DNA of 64,000 bases from the human T2T-CHM13v2.0 reference genome, Homo sapiens, in NCBI RefSeq assembly GCF_009914755.1, contig NC_060940.1; one strand, written 5' to 3'. The notes beneath the pieces were generated by a model. It was not told the DNA's origin. It made no database searches and worked only from the letters and a program-made list of their open reading frames with translations. A program made the position numbers and the translations under genes. This document shows positions 1 through 13,120 of this stretch, piece by piece; position 1 is the stretch's first letter, and the number at the start of each line of letters is the position of its first letter.

Positions 1-3000
1 ATTGGATGATTCCATTCGATTCCATTTGATGTTGATTCAATTCGATTCTATTCGATGATGATTCCATTGGATTTCACTTGATGATTCTATTCGATTCCAT
101 TCAATGATATTTCACTTCTCGTCCATTGGATGATTCCATTTCATTCCATTTGATGATGATTCCATTCGATTCCATTCGATGATTCCATTTGATTCCATGC
201 GACGGTGAGCAATTCGATTCAATTCCATGATGATTCTATTTGATTCAATTAGATGATGTTTCCATTCGAATCCATTCCATGATTATTCCATTGGAATCCA
301 TTCGGCGATGATTCCATATGAGTCAATTCAATGATGATTCCATATGGGTCCGTTCGATGATAATTCCCTTTGATTTCATTCGATGCTTCTATTCAATTCC
401 AGTCGATGATGATTCCGTTGGAGTCCATACGATGATTCCATTTGATTTCATTTCATGATGATTCCATTCGATGACGATTACATTGGATTCCATTCTATGA
501 TTCCATTCAATTCCATTCGTTGATGATTCGATTCCATTCAATGATGATTCCATTTGAGTTCATTCGATGATTCTATTCGATTCCGTTCGATGGTGATTCA
601 ATTCTCTTATATTGGATGATTCGACTCGATTCCATTTGATGATTATTCCATTGGAGTCCACTTAGTGAATCCTTTAGATTCTACTCGAAGATGATTCCAT
701 TCGAGTCCATTCGATGATACCATTCAATTCCATTCGTTGATGCTTCCATTCAAGTGCAGTCGATGATATCATTCGATTCCATTTGATGATAATTCCATTT
801 GATTCCATGCGATGATTCTATTCGATTCCATTCAATGATAATTCCATTCAATTCAGTGATTCCTCTGGACTCCATTTGATGATGATTCCATTCAATGATT
901 CCATTCGATTCTATTCGAAAATGATTCCATTTGAATCCATTTGATGACGATTCCATTCCATTCCATTTGATGATTCCATTCTATTCTATTCGATGATGAT
1001 TCCATTCGATTCCATTCGATGATGATTGGATTCGATTCCATTTGATGATTTCATTTGATTCCATTCGTTAATGATTTCGATCAATTCCATTCGATGATTC
1101 CATTCGATTCCATTCGATAATGATTACATCCGAGTCCATTCGATGATTCCCTTTGAGCCTCTTCGATAATTCCATTTGAGTCCAACCAATGATTCCATTC
1201 ATTTCCATTCAATGATTCCATTCGAGTCCATTTGATCATTCCGGTAGGGTCCATTCGATGTTGATTCCATTGGAGTGCATTCGATGATTCCATTCGAGTC
1301 CATTTTAGGATTTGATTCGAGTCCTTTCGATGATTCCATTCGATTCCACTCGATGATGATTTCATTCGAGTCCATTCGACACTTCCAATCGATTCCATTT
1401 GATGATTCCATTCGAGTCCAATTGATGATTCCATTCAATTCCATTCGATGATGATTCCGTACGATTCCATTCTGTGATGATTCCATGTGATTGCATTCAA
1501 TGATGATTCCATTCGATTGCATTCGATTATGATTCATTTCGTGTTCATTCTATGGTTCCACAGGTTTCCATTCGTGTCCATTCCATTATTCCATTCTATT
1601 CCATTTGATGATGATTCCATTCGATTCCATTCATTGGTGATTCCACTCAATTCCATTCAATGATTCCATTCCATTTCTTTCAACAATGATTCCATTAGTT
1701 TCTAATCGATGATCCACTTGATTCCATTTGACGACGATTCCATTCTTGTCCATTCGATGATTCCATTTGATTCCATATGATGATGATTCCATTCGATTCC
1801 ATACCATGATGATTCCATTCGAGTCCATTCAATGGTGATTCCATTCAATTCCATTCGATGATTCCTTTCGATTCCATTCGATGATGATGGCATTTGATTC
1901 CTTTCAATCATTCCCTTTGATTCCATTCAAAGGTGATTTCATTCAAGTCCATTCGATAATTGCATTCGATTCCATTCTATGATGATTCCATTCGAGTCCA
2001 TTTGATGATTCCATTCAATTCAAGTCAATGATGATTCCATTCGATTCCATTCGATGATTCCATTGGATTCCATTCGATGATGATTCCATTCAAATCCATT
2101 CGATAATTCAATTCAAGTCCATTCGATGAAGATTCCAATCGAATCCATTCAAAGATTCCATTCAGTTCCATTCGATGATTCCCTTAGATTCCATTCGATG
2201 ATTCCACTTGATTGCATTTACGATGATTCCATTCGATTCCATGTGATGATTCCATTCAATTCTATTCAGTGGTGTCTCCATTTGATTCCATTCGACCATG
2301 ATTGCCTTTGATTCCATTCAATGATTCCATTCGGTTCCGTTTGATGATGATTCCGTTCGATTCCATTTGATGATTCCATTTGATTCCATTGGATGAGTCC
2401 ATTCGATTACATTCGATGATTATTCCATTCGAGTGCATTAGATGATTCCATTCGAGTCCATTCGATGATTCCATTCGATTCCATTCGATGTTGATTCTGT
2501 TCAAATCCATTCGATGATTCCACTCGATTCCATTCGATGACTCCATTTGATCCCATTCGATGATTTCCTTTGATTCCCTTTGATGATCATTCCATTTGAT
2601 TCAATTCGGTGATTTCATTTGATTCCATTCAGTGATGTTTCCATTCGACTCCATTCGATGATGATTCCATTCGACTCCATTCGTTTATGATTTCATTAAA
2701 TTCCATTCGATAATGATTCCCTTCGAGTCCATTCGATGATTCCATTCGATTCCATTCAATGATGATTTGATTCGTGTCCATTCGATGATTCCATTTGATT
2801 CCACTTGATGATGATTCCATTCGAGTCCATTTGATGATTCCATTCAATTCCATACTCCGATGATTTCTTTTGAGCCCATTCAATGCTTCCACTCGATTCC
2901 ATATGATGACTCCATTCGATGAAATTCGATGATGATTCCATTCGCTTGCTTTCGATGATGATTCCACTTGAGTCCGTTAGAAGATTCTATTCAATTACAT

Positions 3001-6000
3001 TCCATGACGATTCCGTTCGAGTCCATTTGATGATTCCATTAGACTCCATTCGACGATGATTCCATTCGATGTTATTCGATGATTCCATTCGATCTCATTC
3101 GATGATGATTCCATTCAACTCCATTCGATGTTTCCATTCGAGTTCATTCTATTATTCCATTAGATTCCATTCGATGATGATTCCATTCGATTCCATTTGA
3201 TGATTGCATTCTATTTCATTTGATGATGATTCCATTCGAGTCCACTCGATGATTCCATTCGAGTCCATTTAATGAATCCATTGGTTTCAATTCTATGATG
3301 ATTACATTGGATTCCATTCGTTGATGATTTCATTCGGTTCCATTCAATGATGATTCCATTCAATTCCTTTCAATGTTTCCATTCAATTCCATACGATGAT
3401 GATTCCATTTGATTTGATTCGACAGTGAGCCATTCGATTCAATTCCATGATGATTCTATTTTATTCAATTGGTTGACATTTCCATTCGATTCCATTCGAT
3501 AATGATTCCCTTTGATTCCATTCCAAGATGATTCCATTCTAGCCCATTCAATCATTCCATTCGATTCTATTCAATGATGATTCCATTAATGTCGATTTGG
3601 TGATTCCATTTGACTTCATTTGATGATGATTCCTTTCAAGTTCATTAGATGATTCCATTCGATTCCATTTGATGATGATCCCATTCGAGTCCATTCAGTG
3701 ATTCCATTCGTTTCCATTCCATGATGATTCCATTCCATTCCATGCAATGATTCCATTCGATTCCGTTTGATGATGATTTCATTCGAGTCCATTTGATGAT
3801 TCCATTTGATTCCATTCGATGATGATTCCATTCGAGTCCATTCGATGATTCTATTCGAATCCATTTGATGATTTCTTTTGATTATAGTTGGTGATGATTC
3901 CATTGGAGTCCATTCAATGATTCCATTCGATTCCAATCGATGGTGATTCCATTAGAGTCCATTTAATGATTCCATTTGATTCCAGTCTCTGATGATTACA
4001 TTCGAGTCCATACGATGATTCCACTCAATTCCATATGAGGATGATTCCATTCGATTCCATTCGATGATTCCATTCTATTCTATTCAATGGTGATTCCATT
4101 CAAGTACATTAGATGATTCCATTCGATTCCATTCAGTGATGATTCTATTTGTGTCCCTTAGATGATTCCACATGATTCCATTAGATGATGATACTATTTG
4201 AGCCCATCCAATGATTCCCCTCGATTCCATTCGATGAGGATTCCATTCGATTCAATTCATTGGTGATTCTATTCAATTCAATTCTTTGATTCCATTCCAT
4301 TCCATTCGACAATGTTTCCATTCGATTTCTTTCGATGATTCCACTCGATTCCACTTGACATTGATTCCATTCAATTCCATTCAATGATTCCATTTGATTC
4401 CAGTGGATGATGATTGCCATCGATTCCATTCGATCACTCCATTCTATTCCATTTGATGATGATTACATTCGATTCCATTTGATGATTCCATCTGATTCTA
4501 TTCGAGGATTCCATTTGATTCCATTCGATGATGATTCCATTCGAGTCCATTCGATGATTTCATTCGAGTACATCCAATGATTCCATTCGAGTCCATTTGA
4601 TGATTCCATTTGATTCCATTTGATTATGATTCTACTAGAGTCCATTCAATGACTCCATTCGAGTCCATTCAACAATTCCATTCGACTCCATTCGATGATT
4701 CCATTCGATTCCATTTGATGATTCCATTCGAGTCCATTTAATCATTACAGTCGAGTCCATTTGGTGATTCCGCTGGATTTCCTTTGATAATGATACCATT
4801 CAATTACATTTGATGATGATCCCATTCAATTTCATTTGATGATGATTCCATTAGAGTCCATTCGATGATTTTATTCGAGTCCCTTCATTGATTCCATCCG
4901 ATTTCATTGGATGATGACTCCATTCGAGTCCATTCGATGATTCCACTCGATTCCATTAGATGATTCCATTGGAGTCCATTTGATTGTTCCATTCGATTCC
5001 ATTCGATTCCTTTCGAAGATTATTCCATTTGAGTCCATTCGATGATGATTCCATTCCATTCCATTCGATGATTCCGTTTGATTCCATTCGATGATTCCCT
5101 TCGATTCCTTTCTTTGATGATTCCATTCCATTCCATTCAATGATTCCATTCGAATCTATTCCATGATGATTCCTTTCGTTTCCATTCGCTGATGTTTCCA
5201 TTCAATTCCGTTCGATGATGATTCCATTCGATTCCATTCATTGAGGATTCCATTTGATTCCATTCAATGATGATTCCCTTCTATTCCATTCAAAGATTGC
5301 ATTCAATTCCATTCAATGATTATCCCATTAGAGTAAACTCAACGATTCCATTCAATACCATTCGATGATGATTCCTTTTGAGTCCATTCAATGATTTCAT
5401 TCAAGTCCATTTGATGATTCCTTTCAATTCCATTCTATGATGATTCCATTCGAGTCCATTCGATGATTCCATTCGATTGCATTCGATGATTCCATTATAT
5501 TCCATTCAACGATGATTCCATTCGAGTCCATTCGATGATTCCATTAGAGTACATTTAATGATTGCTTTGTTTTCAATTCGAAGATGATTACATTCGATTC
5601 CATTCTATGATACCATTCGATTCCATTCAATGATGACTCCACTCAAATCCATTGGATGATTCCATTCGTGTCCATTCGGTGATTTCATTAGATTCCTTTC
5701 GAGGATGATTCCATTCGATTCCATTCAACGATTATTTGATTCGTGTCCATTCGATGATTCCATTTGATTCCACTTGATGATGATTCCATTCCAGTCCATT
5801 TGATGATTCCATTCAATTCCATTCTCCGATGATTTCTTTTGAGCCCATTCAATGCTTCCACTCGATTCCATATGATGATGACTCCATTCGATGAAATTCG
5901 ATGATGATTCCATTCGCTTGCGTTCGATGATGATTCCACTTGAGTCCGTTAGAAGATTCTATTCAATTACATTCCATGACGATTCCGTTCGAGTCCATTT

Positions 6001-8700
6001 GATGATTCCATTAGACTCCATTCGACGATGATTCCATTCGATGTTATTCGATGATTCCATTCGATCTCATTCGATGATGATTCCATTCAACTCCATTCGA
6101 TGTTTCCATTCGAGTTCATTCTATTATTCCATTAGATTCCATTCGATGATGATTCCATTCGATTCCATTTGATGATTGCATTCTATTTCATTTGATGATG
6201 ATTCCATTCGAGTCCACTCGATGATTCCATTCGAGTCCATTTAATGAATCCATTGGTTTCAATTCTATGATGATTACATTGGATTCCATTCGTTGATGAT
6301 TTCATTCGGTTCCATTCAATGATGATTCCATTCAATTCCTTTCAATGTTTCCATTCAATTCCATACGATGATGACTCCATTTGATTTGATTCGACAGTGA
6401 GCCATTCGATTCAATTCCATGATGATTCTATTTTATTCAATTGGTTGACATTTCCATTCGATTCCATTCGATGATGATTCCCTTTGATTCCATTCAAAGA
6501 TGATTCCATTCTAGCCCATTCAATCATTCCATTCGATTCTATTCAATGATAATTCCATTCATGTCGATTTGGTGATTCCATTCGACTTCATTTGATGATG
6601 ATTCCTTTCAAGTTCATTAGATGATTCCATTCGATTCCATTTGATGATGATCCCATTCGAGTCCATTTGATGATTCAATTCGTTTCCATTCCATGATGAT
6701 TCCATTCCATTCCATTCAATGATTCCATTCGATTCCGTTTGGTGATGATTTCATTCGAGTCCATTTGATGATTCCATTTGATTCCATTCGATGATGATTC
6801 CATTCGAGTCCATTCGATGATTCTATTCGAATCCATTTGATGATTTCTTTTGATTATAGTTGGTGATGATTCCATTGGAGTCCATTCAATGATTCCATTC
6901 GATTCCAATCGATGGTGATTCCATTAGAGTCCATTTAATGATTCCATTTGATTCCAGTCTCTGATGATTACATTCGAGTCCATACGATGATTCCACTCAA
7001 TTCCATATGATGATGATTCCATTCGATTCCATTCGATGATTCCATTCTATTCTAATCGATGATGATTCCATTTGATTCCATTCGATGATGATTGGATTCG
7101 ATTCCATTTGATGATTTCATTTCATTCCATTCGTTAATGATTTCGTTCAACTCCATTCGATGATTCCATTTGATTCCATTCGATAATGATTACATCCGAG
7201 TCCATTCGATGATTCCATTTGAGCCCGTTCGATAATTCCATTTGAGTCCAATCAATGATTCCATTCATTTCCATTCAATGATTCCATTCGAGTCCATTTG
7301 ATCATTCTGGTAGGGTCCGTTCGATGTTGATTCCATTGGAGTGCATTCGATGATTCCATTCGAGTCCATTTTATGATTTGATTCGAGTCCTTTCGATGAT
7401 TCCATTCGATTCCACTCGATGATGATTTCATTCGAGTCCATTCGACACTTCCAATCGATTCCATTTGATGTTTCCATTCGAGTCCAATTGATGATTCAAT
7501 TCCATTCGATGATGATTCCGTACGATTCCATTCTGTGATGATTCCATGTGATTGCATTCAATGATGATTCCTTTCGATTGCATTCGATTGTGATTCATTT
7601 TGTGTTCATTCTATGGTTCCACAGGTTTCCATTCGTGTCCATTCCATTATTCCATTCTATTCCATTTCATGATGATTCCATTCGATTCCATTCATTGGTG
7701 ATTCCACTCAATTCCATTCAATGATTCCATTCCATTTCTTTCAACAATGATTCCATTAGTTTCTAATCGATGATCCACTTGATTCCATTTGATGACGATT
7801 CCATTCTTGTCCATTCGATGATTCCATTTGATTCCATATGATGATGATTCCATTCGATTCCATACCATGATGATTCCATTCGAGTCCATTCAATGGTGAT
7901 TCCATTCAATTCCATTCGATGATTCCTTTTGATTCCATTCGATGATGATGGCATTCGATTCCTTTCAATCATTCCCTTTGATTCCATTCAAAGGTGATTT
8001 CATTCAAGTCCATTCGATAATTGCATTCGATTCCATTCTATGATGATTCCATTCGAGTCCATTTGATGATTCCATTCAATTCAAGTCAATGATGATTCCA
8101 TTCGATTCCATTCGATGATTCCATTGGATTCCATTCGATGATGATTCCATTCAAATCCATTCGATAATTCAATTCAAGTCCATTCAATGATGATTCCAAT
8201 CGAATCCATTCAAAGATTCCATTCACTTCCATTCGATGATTCCCTTAGATTCCATTCGATGATTCCACTTGTTTCCATTTACGATGATTCCATTCGATTC
8301 CATGTGATGATTCCATTCAATTCTATTCAATGATGTCTCCATTTGATTCCATTCGACCATGATTGCCTTTGCCTCCATTCAATGTTTCCATTCGGTTCCT
8401 TTTGATGATAATTCCGTTCTATTCCATTTGATGATTCCATTTGATTCCATTGGATGAGTCCATTCGATTACATTCGATGATTATTCCATTCGAGTGAATT
8501 AGATGATTCCATTCGAGTCCATAAGATGATTCCATTCGATTCCATTCGATGTTTATTCTGTTCAAGTCCATTCGATGATTCCACTGGATTCCATTCGAGG
8601 ACTCCAGTTGATCCCATTCGATGATTTCCTTTGATTCCCTTTGATGATCATTCCATTTGATACAATTCGGTGATTTCATTTGATTCCATTCAGGGATGTT
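1..8700 (+). repeat. Rearranged, more diverged zone built from fragments of the ~6.06-kb HSat2 unit (order P Q R S T U V | S T | Q R)
   Basis: Marker S (GAGTCCGTTAGAAG) at 2970, 5942 and 9034 (spacings 2972 and 3092). Marker Q (GTAGGGTC) at 1244 and 7310. Position 1 matches position 12066. Confidence 0.85.
241..251 (-). promoter_or_regulatory. Candidate DUX4-type motif TAATTGAATCA (recurs once per P module, e.g. ~12306, ~19109, ~25912)
   Basis: The + strand TGATTCAATTA reverse-complements to TAATTGAATCA, which fits the DUX4 consensus TAAYBBAATCA. DUX4 binding to HSATII is established in general, but occupancy of this site is untested. Confidence 0.35.
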
Positions 8701-11700
8701 TCCATTCAACTCCATTCGATGATGATTCCATTCGACTCCATTCGATTATGATTTCATTCAATTCCATTCGATAATGATTCCCTTCGAGTCCATTCGATGA
8801 TTCCATTCGATTCCATTCAACGATGATTTGATTCGTGTCCGTTCGATGATTCCATTTGATTTCACTTGATGATGATTCCATTCGAGTCCATTTGATGATT
8901 CCATTCAATTCCATTCTCCGATGATTTCTTTTGAGCCCACTCAATGCTTCCACTCGATTCCATATGATGATGACTCCATTCGATGAAATTCGATGATGAT
9001 TCCATTCGCTTGCTTTCGATGATGATTCCACTTGAGTCCGTTAGAAGATTCTATTCAATTACATTCCATGACGATTCCGTTCGAGTCCATTTGATGATTC
9101 CATTAGACTCCATTCGACGATGATTCCATTCGATGTTATTCGATGATTCCATTCGATCTCATTCGATGATGATTCCATTCAACTCCATTCGATGTTTCCA
9201 TTCGAGTTCATTCTATTATTCCATTAGATTCCATTCGATGATGATTCCATTCGATTCCGTTTGATGATTGCATTCTATTTCATTTGATGATGATTCCATT
9301 CGAGTCCACTCAATGATTCCATTCGAGTCTGTTTATTGAATCCATTGGTTTCAATTCTATGATGATTACATTGGATTCCATTCGTTGATGATTTCATTCG
9401 GTTCCATTCAATGATGATTCCATTCAATTCCTTTCAATGTTTCCATTCAATTCCATTCGATGATGATTCCATTTGATTTGATTCGACAGTGAGCCATTCG
9501 ATTCAATTCCATGATGATTCTATTTTATTCAATTGTTTGACATTTCCATTCGATTCCATTCGATGATGATTCCCTTTGATTCCATTCAAAGATGATTCCA
9601 TTCTAGCCCATTCAATCATTCCATTCGATTCTATTCAATGATGATTCCATTCATGTCGATTTGGTGATTCCATTTGACTTCATTTGATGATGATTCCTTT
9701 CAAGTTCATTAGATGATTCCATTCGATTCCATTTGATGATGATTCCATTCCATTCCATTCAATGATTCCATTCGATTCCGTTTGATGATGATTTCATTCG
9801 AGTCCATTTGATGATTCCATTTGATTCCATTCGATGATGATTCCATTCGAGTCCATTCGATGATTCTATTCGAATCCATTTGATGATTACTTTTGATTAT
9901 ATTTGGTGATGATTCCATTGGAGTCCATTCAATGATTCCATTCGATTCCAATCGATGATGATTCCATTAGAGTCCATTTAATGATTCCATTTGATTCCAG
10001 TCTCTGATGATTACATTCGAGTCCATACGATGATTCCACTCAATTCCATATGATGATGATTCCATTCGATTCCATTCGATGATTCCATTCTATTCTATTC
10101 AATGGTGATTCCATTCGAGTACATTAGATGATTCCATTCGATTCCATTCAATGATGATTCTATTTGTGTCCCTTAGATGGTTCCACATGATTCCATTACA
10201 TGATGATACTATTTGAGCCCATCCAATGATTCCCTTCGATTCCATTCGATGAGGATTCCATTCGATTCAATTCATTGGTGATTCTATTCAATTCAATTCT
10301 TTGATTCCATTCCATTCCATTCGACAATGATTCCATTCGATTTCTTTCGATGATTCCACTCGATTCCACTTGACATTGATTCCATTCGATTCCATTCAAT
10401 GATTCTGTTTGATTCCAGTGGATGATGATTGCCATCGATTCCATTCGATCACTCCATTCTATTCCATTTGATGATGATTACATTCGATTCCATTTGATGA
10501 TTCCATCTGATTCTATTCGAGGATTCCATTTGATTCCATTCGATGATGATTCCATTCGAGTCCATTCGATGATTTCATTCGAGTACATCCAATGATTCCA
10601 TTCGAGTCCATTTGATGATTCCATTTGATTCCATTTGATTATGATTCTACTAGAGTCCATTCAATGACTCCATTCGAATCCATTCATCAATTCCATTCGA
10701 GTCCATTCGATGATTCCACTTCATGATTCCATTCGAGTCCATTTAATCATTACAGTCAAGTCCGTTTGGTGATTCCACTGGATTTGTTTTGATAATGATA
10801 CCATTCAATTATATTTGATGATGATCCCATTCAATTTCATTTGATGATGATTCCATTAGAGTCCATTCGATGATTTCATTCGAGTGTCTTCATTGATTCC
10901 ATCCGATTTCATTGGATGATGACTCCATTCGAGTTCATTCGATGATTCCACTCGATTCCATTAGATGATTCCATTGGAGTCCATTTCATTGTTCCATTCG
11001 ATTCCATTCGATTCCTTTAGAAGATTATTCCATTTGAGTCCATTCGATGATGATTCCATTCCATTCCATTCGATGATTCCGTTTGATTCCATTCGATGAT
11101 TCCCTTCGATTCCTTTCTTTGATGATTCCATTCCATTCCATTCAATGATTCCATTCGAATCTATTCCATGATGATTCCTTGCGATTCCATTCGCTGATGT
11201 TTCCGTTCAATTCCATTCGATGATGATTCCATTCGATTCCATTCATTGAGGATTCCATTTGATTCCATTCAATGATGATTCCGTTCTATTCCATTCAATG
11301 ATTGCATTCAATTCCATTCAATGATTATCCCCTTAGAGTAAACTCAATGATTCCATTCAATACCATTCGATGATGATTCCTTTTGAGTCCATTCAATGAT
11401 TTCATTCAAGTCCATTTGATGATTCCTTTCAATTCCATTCTATGATGATTCCATTCGAGTCCATTCGATGATTCCATTCAATTGCATTCGATGATTCCAT
11501 TATATTCCAGTCCACGATGATTCCATTCGAGTCCATTCGATGATTCCATTAGAGTACATTTAATGATTGCTTTGTTTTCAATTCGAAGATGATTACATTG
11601 GATTCCATTCTATGATACCATTCGATTCCATTCAATGATGATTCCACTCAAATCCATTGGATGATTCCATTCGTGTCCGTTCGGTGATTTCATTAGATTC

Positions 11701-13120
11701 CATTCGAGGATGATTCCATTCGATTCCATTCGATGATTCCATTCAATTCCATTCGATGATGATTCCATTCCAGTCCATATGATCATTCCATTTGATTTCA
11801 TTCGATGATGATTCCATTCGATTCCATTCGATGATTCCATTCTATTCCATTCGATGATGATTCCATTCGAGTCCATTCGATGATTCCATTCGAGTCCATT
11901 TAATGATTCCATTGGGTTCAATTCAATGATGATTACATTGGATTCCGTTCTATGATTCCATTCAATTCCGTTCATTGACAATTTGATTCCATTCGATGAT
12001 GATTCCATTTGAGTTCATTCGATGATTCTATTCGATTCTCTTCGATGGTGATTCAATTCTATTATATTGGATGATTCCATTCGATTCCATTTGATGTTGA
12101 TTCAATTCGATTCTATTCGATGATGATTCCATTGGATTTCACTTGATGATTCTATTCGATTCCATTCAATGATGATTCACTTCTCGTCCATTGGATGATT
12201 CCATTTCATTCCATTCGATGATGATTCCATTCGATTCCTTTCGATGATTCCATTTGATTCCATGCGACGGTGAGCAATTCGATTCAATTCCATGATGATT
12301 CTATTTGATTCAATTAGATGATGTTTCCATTCGAATCCATTCCATGATTATTCCATTGGAATCCATTTGGCGATGATTCCATATGAGTCAATTCAATGAT
12401 GATTCCATATGGGTCCGTTCGATGATAATTCCATTTGATTTCATTCGATGCTTCTATTCAATTCCAGTCGATGATGATTCCGTTGGAGTCCATACGATGA
12501 TTCCATTTGATTTCATTTGATGATGATTCCATTCGATGATGATTACATTGGATTCCATTCTATGATTCCATTCAATTCCATTCGTTGATGATTCGATTCC
12601 ATTCAATGATGATTCCATTTGAGTTCATTCGATGATTCTATTCGATTCCGTTCGATGGTGATTCAATTCTATTATATTGGATGATTCCACTCGATTCCAT
12701 TTGATGATTATTCCATTGGAGTCCACTTAGTGAATCCTTTAGATTCTACTCGAAGATGATTCCATTCGAGTCCATTCGATGATACCATTCAATTCCATTC
12801 GTTGATGCTTCCATTCAAGTGCATTCGATGATATCATTCGATTCCATTTGATGATAATTCCATTTGATTCCATGCAATGATTCTATTCCATTCCATTCAA
12901 TGATAATTCCATTCAATTCAGTGATTCCTCTGGACTCCATTTGATGATGATTCCATTCAATGATTCCATTCGATTCTATTCGAAAATGATTCCATTTGAA
13001 TCCATTTGATGATGATTCCATTAGATTCCATTTGATGATTCCATTCGATTCCATTTGATGATGATTCCATTCGATTCCATTTGATGATTCCATTCTATTC
13101 TATTCGATGATGATTCCATT
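7055..13120 (+). repeat. One complete pass through the unduplicated ~6.05-6.07-kb unit (Q R S T U V W P)
   Basis: Marker Q 7310 to 13358 = 6048 bp. Homologous ORF coordinates 7692 to 13761 = 6069 bp. Each marker occurs once in this interval. Confidence 0.75.

Noticed and set aside
2126-2311. The only plus-strand ORF (61 aa)
   Set aside because: A chance open frame caused by local substitutions. Homologous copies elsewhere do not give the ORF.
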